Made by a program: the position numbers and the translations under genes. DNA of 63,783 nucleotides, filler included, from Calcarisporiella thermophila CBS 279.70 (taxonomy: Eukaryota; Fungi; Calcarisporiellomycota), in the NCBI RefSeq assembly GCF_041956535.1. It is 4 parts of 4 records of this genome, joined end to end, with 100 filler letters (N's around TTAATTAATTAA, not from the genome) between each part and the next. Parts side by side here need not be neighbours in the genome. Positions count along the whole stretch, not along the records: positions 45,412 to 59,189 come from NW_027192221.1; positions 59,290 to 63,783 come from NW_027192217.1; 2 more parts are not named here. One strand, 5' to 3'. Shown in pieces: positions 51,974 to 63,783 of the stretch (the first letter of the stretch is position 1; each line of letters begins with the position of its first letter). The notes beneath the pieces are model-generated. The model was given only the letters and a program-made list of their open reading frames with translations. It had not been told where the DNA came from and searched no databases.

Positions 51974-53989
51974 ATCACTGATCGGCTACAGAATTAATCC
52001 ATGCAACCGATATGTTAATTGTAATAGCTTAAAATTATTGCAATACTCCGAATTAGTTGTATACATACAATAAATAGTATTTGATGATATAGATCAAAGG
52101 AATAGAGACAAGGAATGTAGATATAATTGCTACTTAGAGTAACTAAATTTGAAATTCTTAAATATTTATCATCTGGAGTTATACAACGATAAAGCGGAAA
52201 CCAATTTCGGTTAATATAAGCAATTAACGATTTATATGGGGAGAAGAGATATGGCCTAAGGTATTTTATTGATTATTTATCCATGATGGGTTTTACACTA
52301 CTATTAGTGTCGTGACTTAGCAATGTTTTTACTGATAAAAGTGTCGTTTTTGCACATTTTTGTATCTCTCTTGAATTCCCAAAGCATGATTTAGGTAGTG
52401 TGATTGAAACTAAATATATTTGCCTGGTATTGAACCACGAAGGGATAGCTACAGCCAACTTGGGATGCGCTTATTATTTGTGTAGCTAGAAGTCAAATTC
52501 TAGTAGGCTTATATATACATACCTTCTTTATTGTACATATGTACTATGTGTAGATTATTTGTGGAGCGAATGCTTAAATACCTATCCATCTAATCATTTA
52601 TAATATGCCTCCAAAGCTCTTAGTGCATAGACGTATATATTAATGCTTTTTTTTATTTCGTATATCGTTTGAAATTTTTATTTAAAATTAGCTTGCGTGA
52701 TTATTCGACTATAACATAGGTTAACCAGATGAAATACCTTGTTATTTCAAGGTGAGAATAATTTTCGGTGAATATTGGTTCATTCAATTTATTATCTCGC
52801 AAAATCAATGGATTTTACTTCAGATATACACTAATTGAGCAAGTGATAAGCGACCCGGAATCGTACAGAACAACTCGATAACATCGTGTAATAAAAAAAA
52901 ATAACTGAAAATAGGAGGCACTGTCAAGGGCTTGTCACCGTCATGTGTCCAGCCTGTAGTTCTAGTTGGAGTAAGGAAAAATCGCGTTTAGTGGTGACTA
53001 AAATAACACTTTTGTCGCTATAATAGATGTTCTCTTTATGCCGCGTAGAGATCACTTAATATTACATCTCATTGCCACAGTGCTAAATAAAGGCTTCAAT
53101 AGCCCCACCAACTATTAATGATAATGAAAAAGAGACTGCCATCTTTACTCATCCGTTTATCAAAGAATATATACTAGACTTCATAGACATACCCTGTCTT
53201 AATTCAACTTCTCACCAATAGACTCCACCAGCCGCACGACTACTATTATAATGGTTTACATAAGTAAATCATTTGTTTCGAACAGAGCTTAAAATACCAA
53301 CTTCTACGCTCAAAATCCCCTTCTAATAATTTGAGGAACCTAGGTAGGCCTCTCTAAATTTCAATTTCCTCTCAGATCCTTCACCTACAGATATTAAGTT
53401 ACGGTATAGACGTGACTTATGTTAATAGATGTAATTGTTACCAAGGGTAGAGAAAGATTTAACTCCGAATGATTTATTACAAGTACTAAATAAAAGATGA
53501 CGTAACTAAAGGTCTCTAAGAATAAGATCTGAAGCTAAGGCGTGTAAGTAATTTACGTTAGTTTCAGATCTGTAATTGTTGAACCTATTAGTTTCAGATA
53601 ACTCTTATACCTAGTGGATACTTTATGACATCATTATTATTTGAGCTTACAACAAATCGAACATTTGCATTCTGGAATAAAACAAGCGGGGTTCATCATG
53701 CTCTCCTATCTCAATCAACCCTAGTTACATAGCACAACGGGGTCATTCGCCAACGAAATATCCCATTGTCAAACTGTAGTTTGAAAATTTCTTGGTCCCG
53801 TAGCACCCTATGATGTTCTTTCGAAGAATAAATTGCTATCATAGTCCTTTTGCAAACCTGTTTATTGTCACTTATACTTTCTCGAATGCTTTTTATCATA
53901 GAACGGATAGTGATTTATCATACTCTGTATCATGATGAATATCTACATGAAAGGACATTTCCGATGATTATTTAAATGCCCCCTATTAA

Positions 53990-54030
53990 GACGACATCTA
54001 TTAAGCGATATCTGCTTAATAGATGTCGTC
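53990..54030. repeat. Perfect 17-bp inverted repeat with a 7-nt spacer
   Basis: GACGACATCTATTAAGC-gatatct-GCTTAATAGATGTCGTC. Confidence 0.9.
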
Positions 54031-55292
54031 AGCAAACAAGAGAGAAACAAGGTTGGTTCCTACATTTCCACCTCCTCTGAGATAGAAAGCCCGCTTATTG
54101 GTCATTTCAAAGTTATGGATAATTTATTTGTACGAGGTGGGTTTTTTGAGGATCCTTTACGAGCTTATTTCAAGAGATCAAGATTGAGTTTTAATTGTGT
54201 CCACCATATAAATAAGAGTGAATAAAATAGGCTGATTATAATTAAAATCATAAAAGTACCTTAAACCAAGGTCAATAAACTGAAAAATGGATATTATATT
54301 TTAACAGTGTTTCAAAATATTGCATGCTTCTAAAATACATAATGGAGAATTAAATTTAAATCAGCCTAATATTTTCTACACGCAGTGATTCCTTTTAGCA
54401 AAGCGTTTCTATGATTAATTCTGATATCCTATAGTCGTTTCCTTCATAAAATGAGTATTTGAATCATCAAGTATAAATAACAAGTAGACCCATTACAAAA
54501 TTTGCGCTTACTTTTTATTCTTTCTTTCGTGTTAATCACGCAGTTAAGTAATTCAACGGTTTTATATAGCACTCTACATTCTGATTACCATATAAAACTC
54601 TAATCCAAACAAAGATATATCATATGCCATATACTGTATCTATAAAATTATGCTGCTCTCACAATATATATAAAGTATATTCTAAATGACAGGATTCAAA
54701 CTTTGGCTTTGGGGCTAAATAATTCATGGTTACAAGAGAAGCATGCTTTACGTGATCACATGGCTTGCTGAATAAATGCCGTTGGGTTCGTACATCGAAA
54801 GGCACCAATCGGTGAATAGGTAGGTATTCTGCTGTAAAGTGATTAAACCGATAAATACTTTTACCATTGCACTACTTTATTGGTACCAACCAAGATAGGA
54901 CTTGTTAAACAAACGTGGTTCTACATTTGATGAGGTAAGAGGGTTGAGATCGTGACCCCATCTGTTTTTCGGCCTTTAGCGGATAAATATAGTCTAGCCT
55001 TCTGCTGGGTCCAATTGTCATAAGAAGAAACTAAATTGAATTATATGATGCTCCCAGGAAAAGTGACGATTTTAATCACCATAGAAGCTTTACTATACTT
55101 TATTTAACCCAAGTAAGTAACCCATCCAAAAGCACCTCTCATTTCCGCTTTGGGTGCCGATATTGTTAGATTACGAATTGTGAAATATAAATTCGGAATC
55201 CAATGCATTATTTTTTTTTTGGATATAAATATACATTGGTCCCAGCAAGTTTACGTTCTTTGTAAAAAAAAAAAGGATCAAAATATTCAACA

Positions 55293-56971
55293 ATGATTTT
55301 GAACGCTATTCTTCCTTTTTGCGCTATTATTTCACTACTACTGTCTGTTACGGAAGCCCAAAGCTCAATGGCAATGATGCCATCGAGGGTAGGAGATAGA
55401 ATAGATCAAGGCAGAATGGGGCGTGTAGTGAATGGACCAGAACTCTCCGATTGTGATAAAAATGAAAATTTGGATGCCGTAAAAGATGCAAGTGGAATCG
55501 TAAGCGGGCAATTCATTAAGAATTCCGCAGAGGACGTCTTGAAAACAAGTTCAGCCAAAAGAGCTGCTAAGGTGAGCATAGTAGATATATTTTCATCTTC
55601 GCATTATTTCCTTAGATTTAGTCTGATATGAACAATATTCTTCACTTTATCCTTAGAAAAATATTAAAGATAATTCCAATAGAAGTAAAAATAGAACAGT
55701 TAGCCAGTCAAAAGATTCTCGTGGTTCCCGCCCAGAAACATTAAATAGTGTTGATGGAAGTAAATGTAATGCCGGTACACGACGTTTTGTATTCAAAGAG
55801 CCGAGTGGTCGCGCCTGTACAGTTAGCATTGTTGGGGGGAGAGGAGAAGATTTTCAGGGCAAAAATAGTATCAGGACAATAGGTGAATTTACGGTCCAAA
55901 ATCGACTTCGCCCTCTTCCCGACGAAAACGAGTGTGCCTTTCAAGCTTCGGAGAACCAGATTGAAAGCCTGAAGAAAACAATAGAGGAGAACCTTTTGGC
56001 TTCTGAGTTATCCTGTAATGGTACCAACGCTAGCAATGATGCAAACACCAATATCTCCGTCAATGGTACTTCCTCTACTAAAGTTCAGGATGAGCGCATA
56101 GTCTTTCCAGATGATCCTCGTGTCGATAACAATGACGACGGTCCAACTCCGTCTACTCAATCCGATAGAAATTCTACCACGTCGAGTGGCCAAGACGATC
56201 GCATTGTATTTTCAGACGATACTGATGTCGGAAAGAATGATACGGATCCTCAGGTGTCTGAAGCTAATTCACATTCGGTATCCATCAAAGTCTTTGTGCA
56301 CCGGAATTCACTTGCTGGTCAGAGTGAAGATAAAATCAGAGGTGTCATTCTTTCAGAGTTTGATAAACTGGTTAATCAAGCATTTAGCCGTGAAGCCACT
56401 CTCGGCTTAAAAAGACTCTCTTTCAATCCAGAAGTGGAATTCCTCTCCGAATCTCAGTTCCCTGCTCAAGGAAAGAACTTGAACCAAGTTCTCTCTTCCT
56501 TTCCGGAATTCCTCAATAAAAACCCTGGGAGAGTGGGTCGAGGAGAAATGACCATCATTGTTTCTAAGGGCAGCAATGGAGATGTAAGTGGGTTAAGTCC
56601 GGTTGGCGGTCGACTACGAAAATGTGCTGGAAATCAGTTTGGAGGTGTCGTGGCTGTTAATCCTAATCCCTGGGTTGGAAACAATGGGTTTGGCCACATT
56701 ACAAGACATGAGCTAGGGCATTATTTCGGAGGTAAGTACTGTAGTTAGAAACAGCTTGAAAGTATGTTTCAAAATCAAGTATTAATGTATGACTTGCTCT
56801 TCTCTCCCAAAAGCCCCACATGATGCAGAAGATGCTGCCAAAAGCTGCCCCCAAACTGGCGACATTATGGGCGGTAACTCATTGACCAAGAACACTTGGT
56901 CATCTTGCAGTTCAAAGCTCATTCAACAGCATATTGGAAAGCTCGAATCACAGAATTGCTTTAGCAGATGA
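55293..56971 (+). CDS. Secreted metzincin (reprolysin/M12B-like) metalloprotease, 3 exons
   Basis: Signal peptide; exon 2 (about 55657-56731) is open; splicing G^GTAAGT..AAG^CC rebuilds HELGHYFGAPHD; Met-turn GDIMG; WSSCS; TATAAATA at about 55224. Confidence 0.85.
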
Positions 56972-57519
56972 GTTTCTTTTAGGAGCAATAAAAGCTTCAT
57001 ATAATATTAGGTTGAATGTTGTGTAATATTTGATATTGAGTAACAACTAAAGTAATTCTATTTTATCTCTTTGCGAATAAAGATATATTTTTGTGATCAA
57101 GAGGTAGACGATATTGAAATACATGGCTAAGGCCGATATCCTTGAGAGAGATGAAAGTGTGGAATCTACCAAGGAGATCTAGTTGATTTTACAAATGCAT
57201 GTGTAGAGAGATATTAGCCGGTCCTCCAAGGAAAATCTTATAGAAACCTTTGCGAAGACATCAAGCTACACTGTAGATATTGAAAGGAAGGTATAAGAAA
57301 TGTCGCGAGATATCTCCTGGCCCAAGATTCATAAATTAAGTTTCCGAGTGCTGAATAAAATAACAATTTAAAAAAACGTAGAAAATACATTTGCTATTTA
57401 TTAAATCACCCTTGTGATTCCAACTTTCTAAGCTTCTGTTGAATGAGCATTGCACTGGGCTCATCGCTCCACATATCCTTCAATATAAACTCTCGGGCCC
57501 AATCATTAAGCCACGACTT

Positions 57520-57855
57520 GTATTGGAGGGATGTGACGGTAGAGTTTCGGAGATGATTAAACCCTATTTATGTTGGATGCCCCACTTGGGCGATCGCCAA
57601 TCAATGCCCGCTCGAGAACACCCCTGAAAGCACATTGGCCCAATTCTTGCTCTTAGGCAGTTCCGTAGGCCTTACCCTTTGCATGTGCGAATAAGACTAT
57701 GGCTGGGCCACCATGATTTCGGGTTCATAGAGAAAAAATGTCCGATTCATTTTTAATTCCAGAAAATTGGCAACGTATCTTAGAAAATTTTTTTTCAAAA
57801 ATTCTTTGCAGGAGGGTGGCTTATTACTCTTCATGATTCCATAGTGTACGTCACC
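57520..57855 (+). mobile_element. Purine tract plus LTR start (TGTGACGG), interrupted by copy B of the GGTTCATAG element terminus at 57722
   Basis: GGAGGGA-TGTGACGG is the inverse of the CCGTCACA end at 44583-44590; 57722-57855 matches 43676-43810. Confidence 0.6.
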
Positions 57856-59189
57856 ATGAATTTTCCTCTTATTAGATAATAGTGATATATTAAGGAGTCA
57901 AAAGGAGGACGAAATTAATTTATTTCGAGGATAAATTTCAATGCTAGTGGATAATTGAAAGTTGAATTGCTTTGTTATCAATGAGTCCTGTTGCATGCTG
58001 TTGCTTACCGATCTGTATAAAGTAAGTGAAAGTAAAGTAAGAATAGTGTAGGCAACAATGAGGCGCCAGTTTAGACTCTATCGACAGCTTCACCGGAGAC
58101 TATCTCCAGGGTAATGGATCTGNNNNNNNNNNNNNNNNNNNNTCTGCATGATGATACTTCGAGAATTATGGTCGAGTAACCACCGTTTGGGGAACTCTTT
58201 CCAATTATAAACGACGCTAGAAAGAACAATCAGAAATCGTTATTCCTGTAGATTCATTTCGTCAACTCATTCTTCGACAGCAATTTAACAGAAAAAAATG
58301 GGCGTAATAAGACATGGAGACAACGTTTTGATATATACTTCTGCGTTCCGAAATTATTTCAGAAAGGAGCCCAAAGTCAGAAACTTGATTACTGTGTGTA
58401 GAATTTAGGTACACTATCGCATACAAACTCAAGCACTGCAATTCAATTCATCAGAAAATTGCGGAATCATATTCAGCACATTGCGGAGATTCCAACATCT
58501 AGTATCTCTAATATTTGAACATTATGTTGTAGAAGAGGGGCTCACGTTTGTTTTTTGTGAATGACAAAGCATGCAATAGATAAAGAATGATCGATGATTG
58601 AATCATGAGCCAGAGAAAGAGAGAAAAGTATTATTAATACACTCTTAAACTGTTTCATTGTCTGCCTTTGAATGCTTTGCCATTAGAGAGCACAAGTGAA
58701 AGAGTACTGGATTGTTGCGTAAGGCTACTAAAATTCATAGGTATAAAATGCCACCCATCACTAATCGATCTATCAAAGTTAAAGGTTTTGTTAATTTTCT
58801 ATGCAATTATTAACAAAGTAAACGGATATAAGCACTACTGCGGCGGTAAAGGGGAAACTCTGACGTCAATAAGTTCCATACAAAAAGGTTTCATATTCAT
58901 ATCTACATACTAAGCTGGACAAAATTGCCAACATGTTTTGAAAATCTTTAATCATTTGCGCTTATCTACTGAAAGAATGAAGAAATAGAGTATGAGGGAG
59001 AGCGAGGAGAGGTAGAGTAAAGGACTTTTGCAATTTACACTGCAGTATTAGAGTACATGTACATGATAGTATGGGTGATTTATTAACCTATTGCTCATTA
59101 TGCCTAAAAATTTCTTGGAAACTATGATGCTGCCACCCTAGAATTGAAATGGAACCGAGTTATTTTACAGAAGATCCAAAGATTGGAGA

Positions 59190-59289
59190 NNNNNNNNNNN
59201 NNNNNNNNNNNNNNNNNNNNNNNNNNNNNNNNNTTAATTAATTAANNNNNNNNNNNNNNNNNNNNNNNNNNNNNNNNNNNNNNNNNNNN
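59190..59289. other. Artificial scaffold linker
   Basis: N44-TTAATTAATTAA-N44. Confidence 0.97.
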
Positions 59290-59329
59290 TAGGCAAAAAT
59301 TTGCACGGATAATTAATGTAAGTTCATTA

Positions 59330-59690
59330 TTACCTACGCTTCAATAAAGCGTCTAATGCGAATTTAGCCATAAGTGAGATTGTAACAGTATCTTGAATTT
59401 CTTTAATTATTTCTGGATCGGACATAAGTGAGACACCACCCTCTATCCAGATATCAGCGGGAACACGCTCAAGTGCTATCACAGCGCATGCACCAGCTTT
59501 TTCAGCGATGCGTGCTTGCTCGAGATCAACAACAGTCATAATCACATCACCTTATATTAGAGACTTGTGATTATAGTGTTGGGTTTTATTAAAGAATACT
59601 AAAAGAAGTGCCTTAAGAATTGGGGCTAGTCCTGTCTTTACAATGAAAATTCCTTGTTATATGGAAGTTCCATTGGTGACAGCATGGCTG
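59330..59690 (-). pseudogene. PDX1: Pyridoxal-phosphate synthase PDX1/SNZ pseudogene, 5' part
   Basis: VKTGLA; [31 protein letters not shown]; catalytic-region IMDV reads IMTV; frameshift at AK-RIGHF followed by a TAG. Confidence 0.8.
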
Positions 59691-60218
59691 GATATCAGAT
59701 TGGAGGGACAGAGAATGAGTTGGACATTTCAATATCTATTTGAAAGGAGCGAGCGCCGGCAGCAAAAATATTAATCGCCATGGAATTAATTTGAATATTC
59801 CATACAGTCACACTGTTTTCTCTCGATCATAGGAAAAATTATGTTGAGGGCAGTAGAATAGTTGGGCGCTCCTCAAATTCGGGGGGTTATATATTGCGGT
59901 GTTCCGCTCTTTTTTCTTCTCTCCATCCCAACGCATGTTGGTTGTCGTTTTGACAATATCTCATTCAATTTTATAACTGTTTGGCCAACTTATGGCATTT
60001 TATTCAACTATCATCTCTCTGACATCTCTTGTTGGCGAAGTCCGCCATCTTCCATTCTGCGTTGCCCAACACATTATAGTTGAAGTACAGGTGGATCCGT
60101 AAACGAAATCCAAAGATACTGCCTAGCATACATATATATACATTCTTTTTTGCATTTCGTTGCCTTTTTTATCTTTTATCCTTTTGAAAACTTGTGTATT
60201 TTCTCATTTTTTGCGACA

Positions 60219-61123
60219 ATGACCTCCAATCAATCCCCTGGATCACGTCCACAAACACCCACAAGATATTCCTCTGCACCAACGCGCATTGGGTTGAAAC
60301 AACATCAACCGCTACTTGCTAATATGATCACACTAATTGATGCTCATGGCTTGCAGCTTATGATCCTTGATTGCCCTACGGATTCCACACTGCACCTCTA
60401 TCTACAAGAATTTAAAAAGTCTAACGTTAAGGATGTGGTGGTAGGTTAATCTTTTTTCTAGCTTTCAAGTTCTCATTGATTCATTTTTCATTTTAAAGCG
60501 TGTATGTGAGCCGACCTATAACGCAGAAGTGTTAGAATCTGAAGGGATTCATGTTCATGATATGCCGTTTAAGGATGGAGAGGCGGTAGGATATATTTCC
60601 TTTTATGCTTTTTCAACATTCTTCTAAAGCATTTTCCTTCAAGCCACCACCCTCCATCGTACGAGGTTGGCTATCACTTGTAGATAAAAGACGTCGTGAA
60701 TATCTTGCCAATGGCAACGACAAAATGGAATCATCTCAGCCCCCGACTATTGCGGTACACTGCGTTGCTGGGCTAGGTCGAGCTTGTGTGATGGTTGCTA
60801 TCGCATTGATCGAATTTGGGATGCAACCACTGGAAGCAATAGAGCATGTTAGACTTTACCGTAAAGGGGCTTTTAATAAACGGCAAATAGAATACCTCGA
60901 CTCCTACAAGCGCAGTATGGGAAAATGGTTCGCAAAGCCGTCTCGGGGTGCTGGAAGTCCACTTTTGCGTCCGGCAAGTGTTTCTGGGGACATGTCCGGT
61001 AACAAAGAAAAGGATAAAGGGAGTAAAGAGACGCAGCCCAACGGTAACAAAGAGACTAGCTCTACTAGCTGGAACCCGTTCACCCGAATGTTCAATAAAA
61101 ATAAAAAAGTTGAGTCATACTAG
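60219..61123 (+). CDS. PRL/PTP4A-type protein tyrosine phosphatase, 3 exons
   Basis: LMILDCPTDSTL; VV/RVCEPTY; PFKDGEAPP; HCVAGLGRA; RKGAFNKRQIEYL. Confidence 0.9.
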
Positions 61124-61314
61124 CCGATTGCAGAGATCTTTTTCTGATTTTACGAAGTTTTCTTTCTTTTTTTAACTCCTATGGATTTATATTTATATTT
61201 TGTGTGTGTATAATTTTTCTTAGCGTTTACACATTGTTTAGTTTTTTTTTATGCTTGATAATTCTTGTGGTTCCCTTTAATGTTTAAATATTCTTTCAGA
61301 TGGAATATAACATT

Positions 61315-62487
61315 TTATACATAAAGCTGCTTTATATTATTTGACAATTGTTGAACCTCCTCCAACTGAGTGTGCTTCACCTTATGCTTTCTATTCTCTT
61401 TCTGACGTCGTTTTGCCTGCTCCTTACGTTCTCTTGCGGAGAGCCGTTTTGGTTTGGGTTGTTTTGCTTGAGGTTCTGTCATTTCTAATATTGGTTCTTC
61501 AGATTTTTCCGGCATTGTATTCTCTTGAGTACTGTTCTTTTCTTCCGATTTTGCCTGAGAATCTGACTCTATTTCATCACTTGCCTCAACTCTCTCGTAG
61601 TATTCGTTAATAACGGCGTCAGGATCATAGCGATGTTTCCGCATAAGAGTTCTCACTTCACTTAGGGGCAAATCCACTGAGCGCATAATCATTTTTTCCA
61701 TTGAGTTCGCTGGTTCAGTATCCTCTTGGACCAGCTCGAGTGGTGGTATATCAGTCACCTGTCTTCCAAAACAACTTGTTATGTTTTGGGTGGGATTAAA
61801 TTGAGCATAAAAATATTACCGTAATCTTAATTTGGGGGGGTCCTTCGTGAGGGCCATCGATATTTCTTATAGAGGAGTAATGCTGCCAAGTGTGATAGGC
61901 AATATGTATCTCCGGATCCGCATTTTTGGTACAGCCTCCTTCAATAACATATATATACCCTGGTTGATAAACACGGACGTTGACACGTTTTAAACGAGCA
62001 AAAGCAACCAATTCCATATGTCCACCAAAAACCCCACTATTCCGCATGGAGCAGATGTGTTCATCAAGCGATACTTCGTCCACAAAGGGCGCGAATTCCT
62101 CTGAGCAAGAGGCAATATAGTCACAAATCTCATTTCGAAGATCTAGATGTTTTTGCGATGGACATCCGTACAGCTGGTCACTGAGTGCACGAAAAAGGCA
62201 GTTCCCGTCACCCTCGATCTCCTTACAGTAAAGTCCTAATGACTTGAGCTGTTGAGAATAAAATTTCAATTAATAGAAAGCGAATAATGAAAATAGAAGA
62301 ATGCTATTCACCTGATGGGTCAATTCTCGTGCTCCAAAATCCCATTCTTCACACGATAGATCATGCTATATTTTAGTAAAAATCACTATCCTTTCATGAG
62401 AGATCATTTTAATTCTTGACGCACCTTCTTATTTCTGTTCCTTCGTCGCTCTGCTGTTTCGCCCGATTTTGATCTACCTTTGGCCAT
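61315..62487 (-). CDS. OTU-domain deubiquitinase (OTUD3-like), multi-exon
   Basis: IEGDGNCLFRALSDQL; FGGHMELVAFA; IHIAYHTWQHYSSIR; basic C-terminus LSARERK..KQLYV. Confidence 0.88.
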
Positions 62488-63163
62488 TGAATTTTACTTT
62501 TTAAAGGTCATTAATTTAAAATAAGAAGTTACTGCGCCCCATGAGAATTTCAATTTTTTTCATATATCTAGCAGTTATGATGGCGAAAGTATATTAAGCT
62601 GGAAAATCTAGCAGGGAAAGCAGCCGTAAAGTATTGAAGCAAGTATTGAAGCAAGTATTGAAAAAAAAGTTCTTGTTCTATAGAGTTTAGTCGTCTTAAC
62701 TTAGCTCGCTTTTTGAAATCGTAGTTAGTATTACTCGGAGGAATATAAAGCTCACGTGTCATTGATTGCATAATTAAACACAGCAATTGGACATTCCTAT
62801 AATATAGCATAAAATCCTACTAAAATACATAACACCGTCTCTCTAAGAGCTAAATGAACCTTGCTCCTGTTGGCTACTTATTTGAAGACTAATTTTGGAA
62901 ATAAACGAAACCCAATTGATAGTGCTAACACGACTTCAATATTTTCCAATCCGCTTTGTAATTATTTAATATATCCTGCTTGTGCTATTCTATTGATATC
63001 TACTGAGCCTTTAGAAAACCTAGTAAACTCTGCTATGCGTTGTTTTTTTTGGGTGAGAAGGGTGCTCATTTATTGTTATTTTGGAGAAATATCAAATGTT
63101 TGTTGATCGTCCGTTGAGGTTCAGGTCAACACAAATAAATTATTATATTTATCTGGGTACAAC

Positions 63164-63418
63164 TTAGTTAATCTTTCGGCGGAAAGAGCAACCTTCGGTC
63201 AGACGAGCACGACCACCAGTGGGCTGGCACAGGACAGTCGCACAGATGCCGCACACAACAACGGTCTGCGCATGGCTGAACACGGTGGTGATGTTAAAGC
63301 AACCGGGGCACTTCACATCCATGTAGTACGAGTTGGGCGACTGTACCAACCGCTTAAGCTTGTGGGTGTTCTTTTCTTGTTCGGCGGAGGGGTTAAGAAG
63401 ATCAACTGCCAACACCAT
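63164..63418 (-). CDS. RPS27: 40S ribosomal protein S27 (eS27)
   Basis: [53 protein letters not shown]. Confidence 0.98.
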   Translation of the reverse strand: MVLAVDLLNPSAEQEKNTHKLKRLVQSPNSYYMDVKCPGCFNITTVFSHAQTVVVCGICATVLCQPTGGRARLTEGCSFRRKIN

Positions 63419-63783
63419 CTTGACAACGACTATTTCCCGGGCTGTGGATCTGGAAAAGGGGAAACTCTGCTATGCGAGTGTCGCCCGTGCTGCACCTTTT
63501 TTTTTTTTGATCAATGCCGAGTCTTTATTGTATAGGAAGACTCTAAAATACAATTGTTACATTATTATAAGCAATAAAGTGAAAGGGAAGCCAAAGTTAA
63601 AGCTTTGTGTGATATCGTAGATCGAAATGATATGTTGGTCATATCGACTTTCAGCTCAAATAGGTAAGGGAATGGTGAAACTCAACTAACTGTGGATATC
63701 AAAGGATAACATGAGAGGTGGGGTGGGTAGTAAACAAATGGAAACAGAGGATAGGAAGGGGATAAGGTAGGGATTACTGCGCT

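Noticed and set aside
1-63783. CRISPR array, rRNA, prokaryotic operon or giant-virus genes
   Set aside because: No repeat-spacer arrays, rRNA or viral hallmark genes seen; recognisable host genes are eukaryotic and mostly spliced.

Overview
Eukaryotic DNA with spliceosomal introns. Gene content (PRL-type phosphatase, M36 fungalysin, PhoD_2-like protein, DIRS and chromoviral Ty3/gypsy elements) points to an early-diverging 'zygomycete'-type fungus; Entomophthoromycota/Basidiobolus-like is only my inference. The window is not contiguous. Three identical artificial linkers (N44-TTAATTAATTAA-N44) split it into four segments. Segment 1 (1-25953) is gene-dense: tRNA-Ser(CGA), a Yip1-family gene, VPS53, fungalysin, a PhoD-like phosphatase, a GPCR-like gene, and four tandem paralogous fungal-TF 'middle homology' genes with no visible Zn2Cys6 domain. 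Segments 2 (26054-45311) and 3 (45412-59189) are AT-rich transposon graveyards (DIRS, MULE, gypsy, LINE traces). Scattered through them are intact genes for secreted proteins: a 10-Cys defensin-like peptide, two beta/gamma-crystallin-like peptides, an intronless M48 peptidase, a reprolysin-like metalloprotease and a bacterial-looking unknown. They also hold an AAA-ATPase-like gene and an UNC-93-like transporter. Segment 4 (59290-63783) has a PDX1 pseudogene, a PRL phosphatase without a CAAX box, an OTU deubiquitinase and RPS27. The best leads are the DNA-binding-domain-less TF array and the secreted peptide/protease set. All calls are by-eye motif recognition, not database searches.
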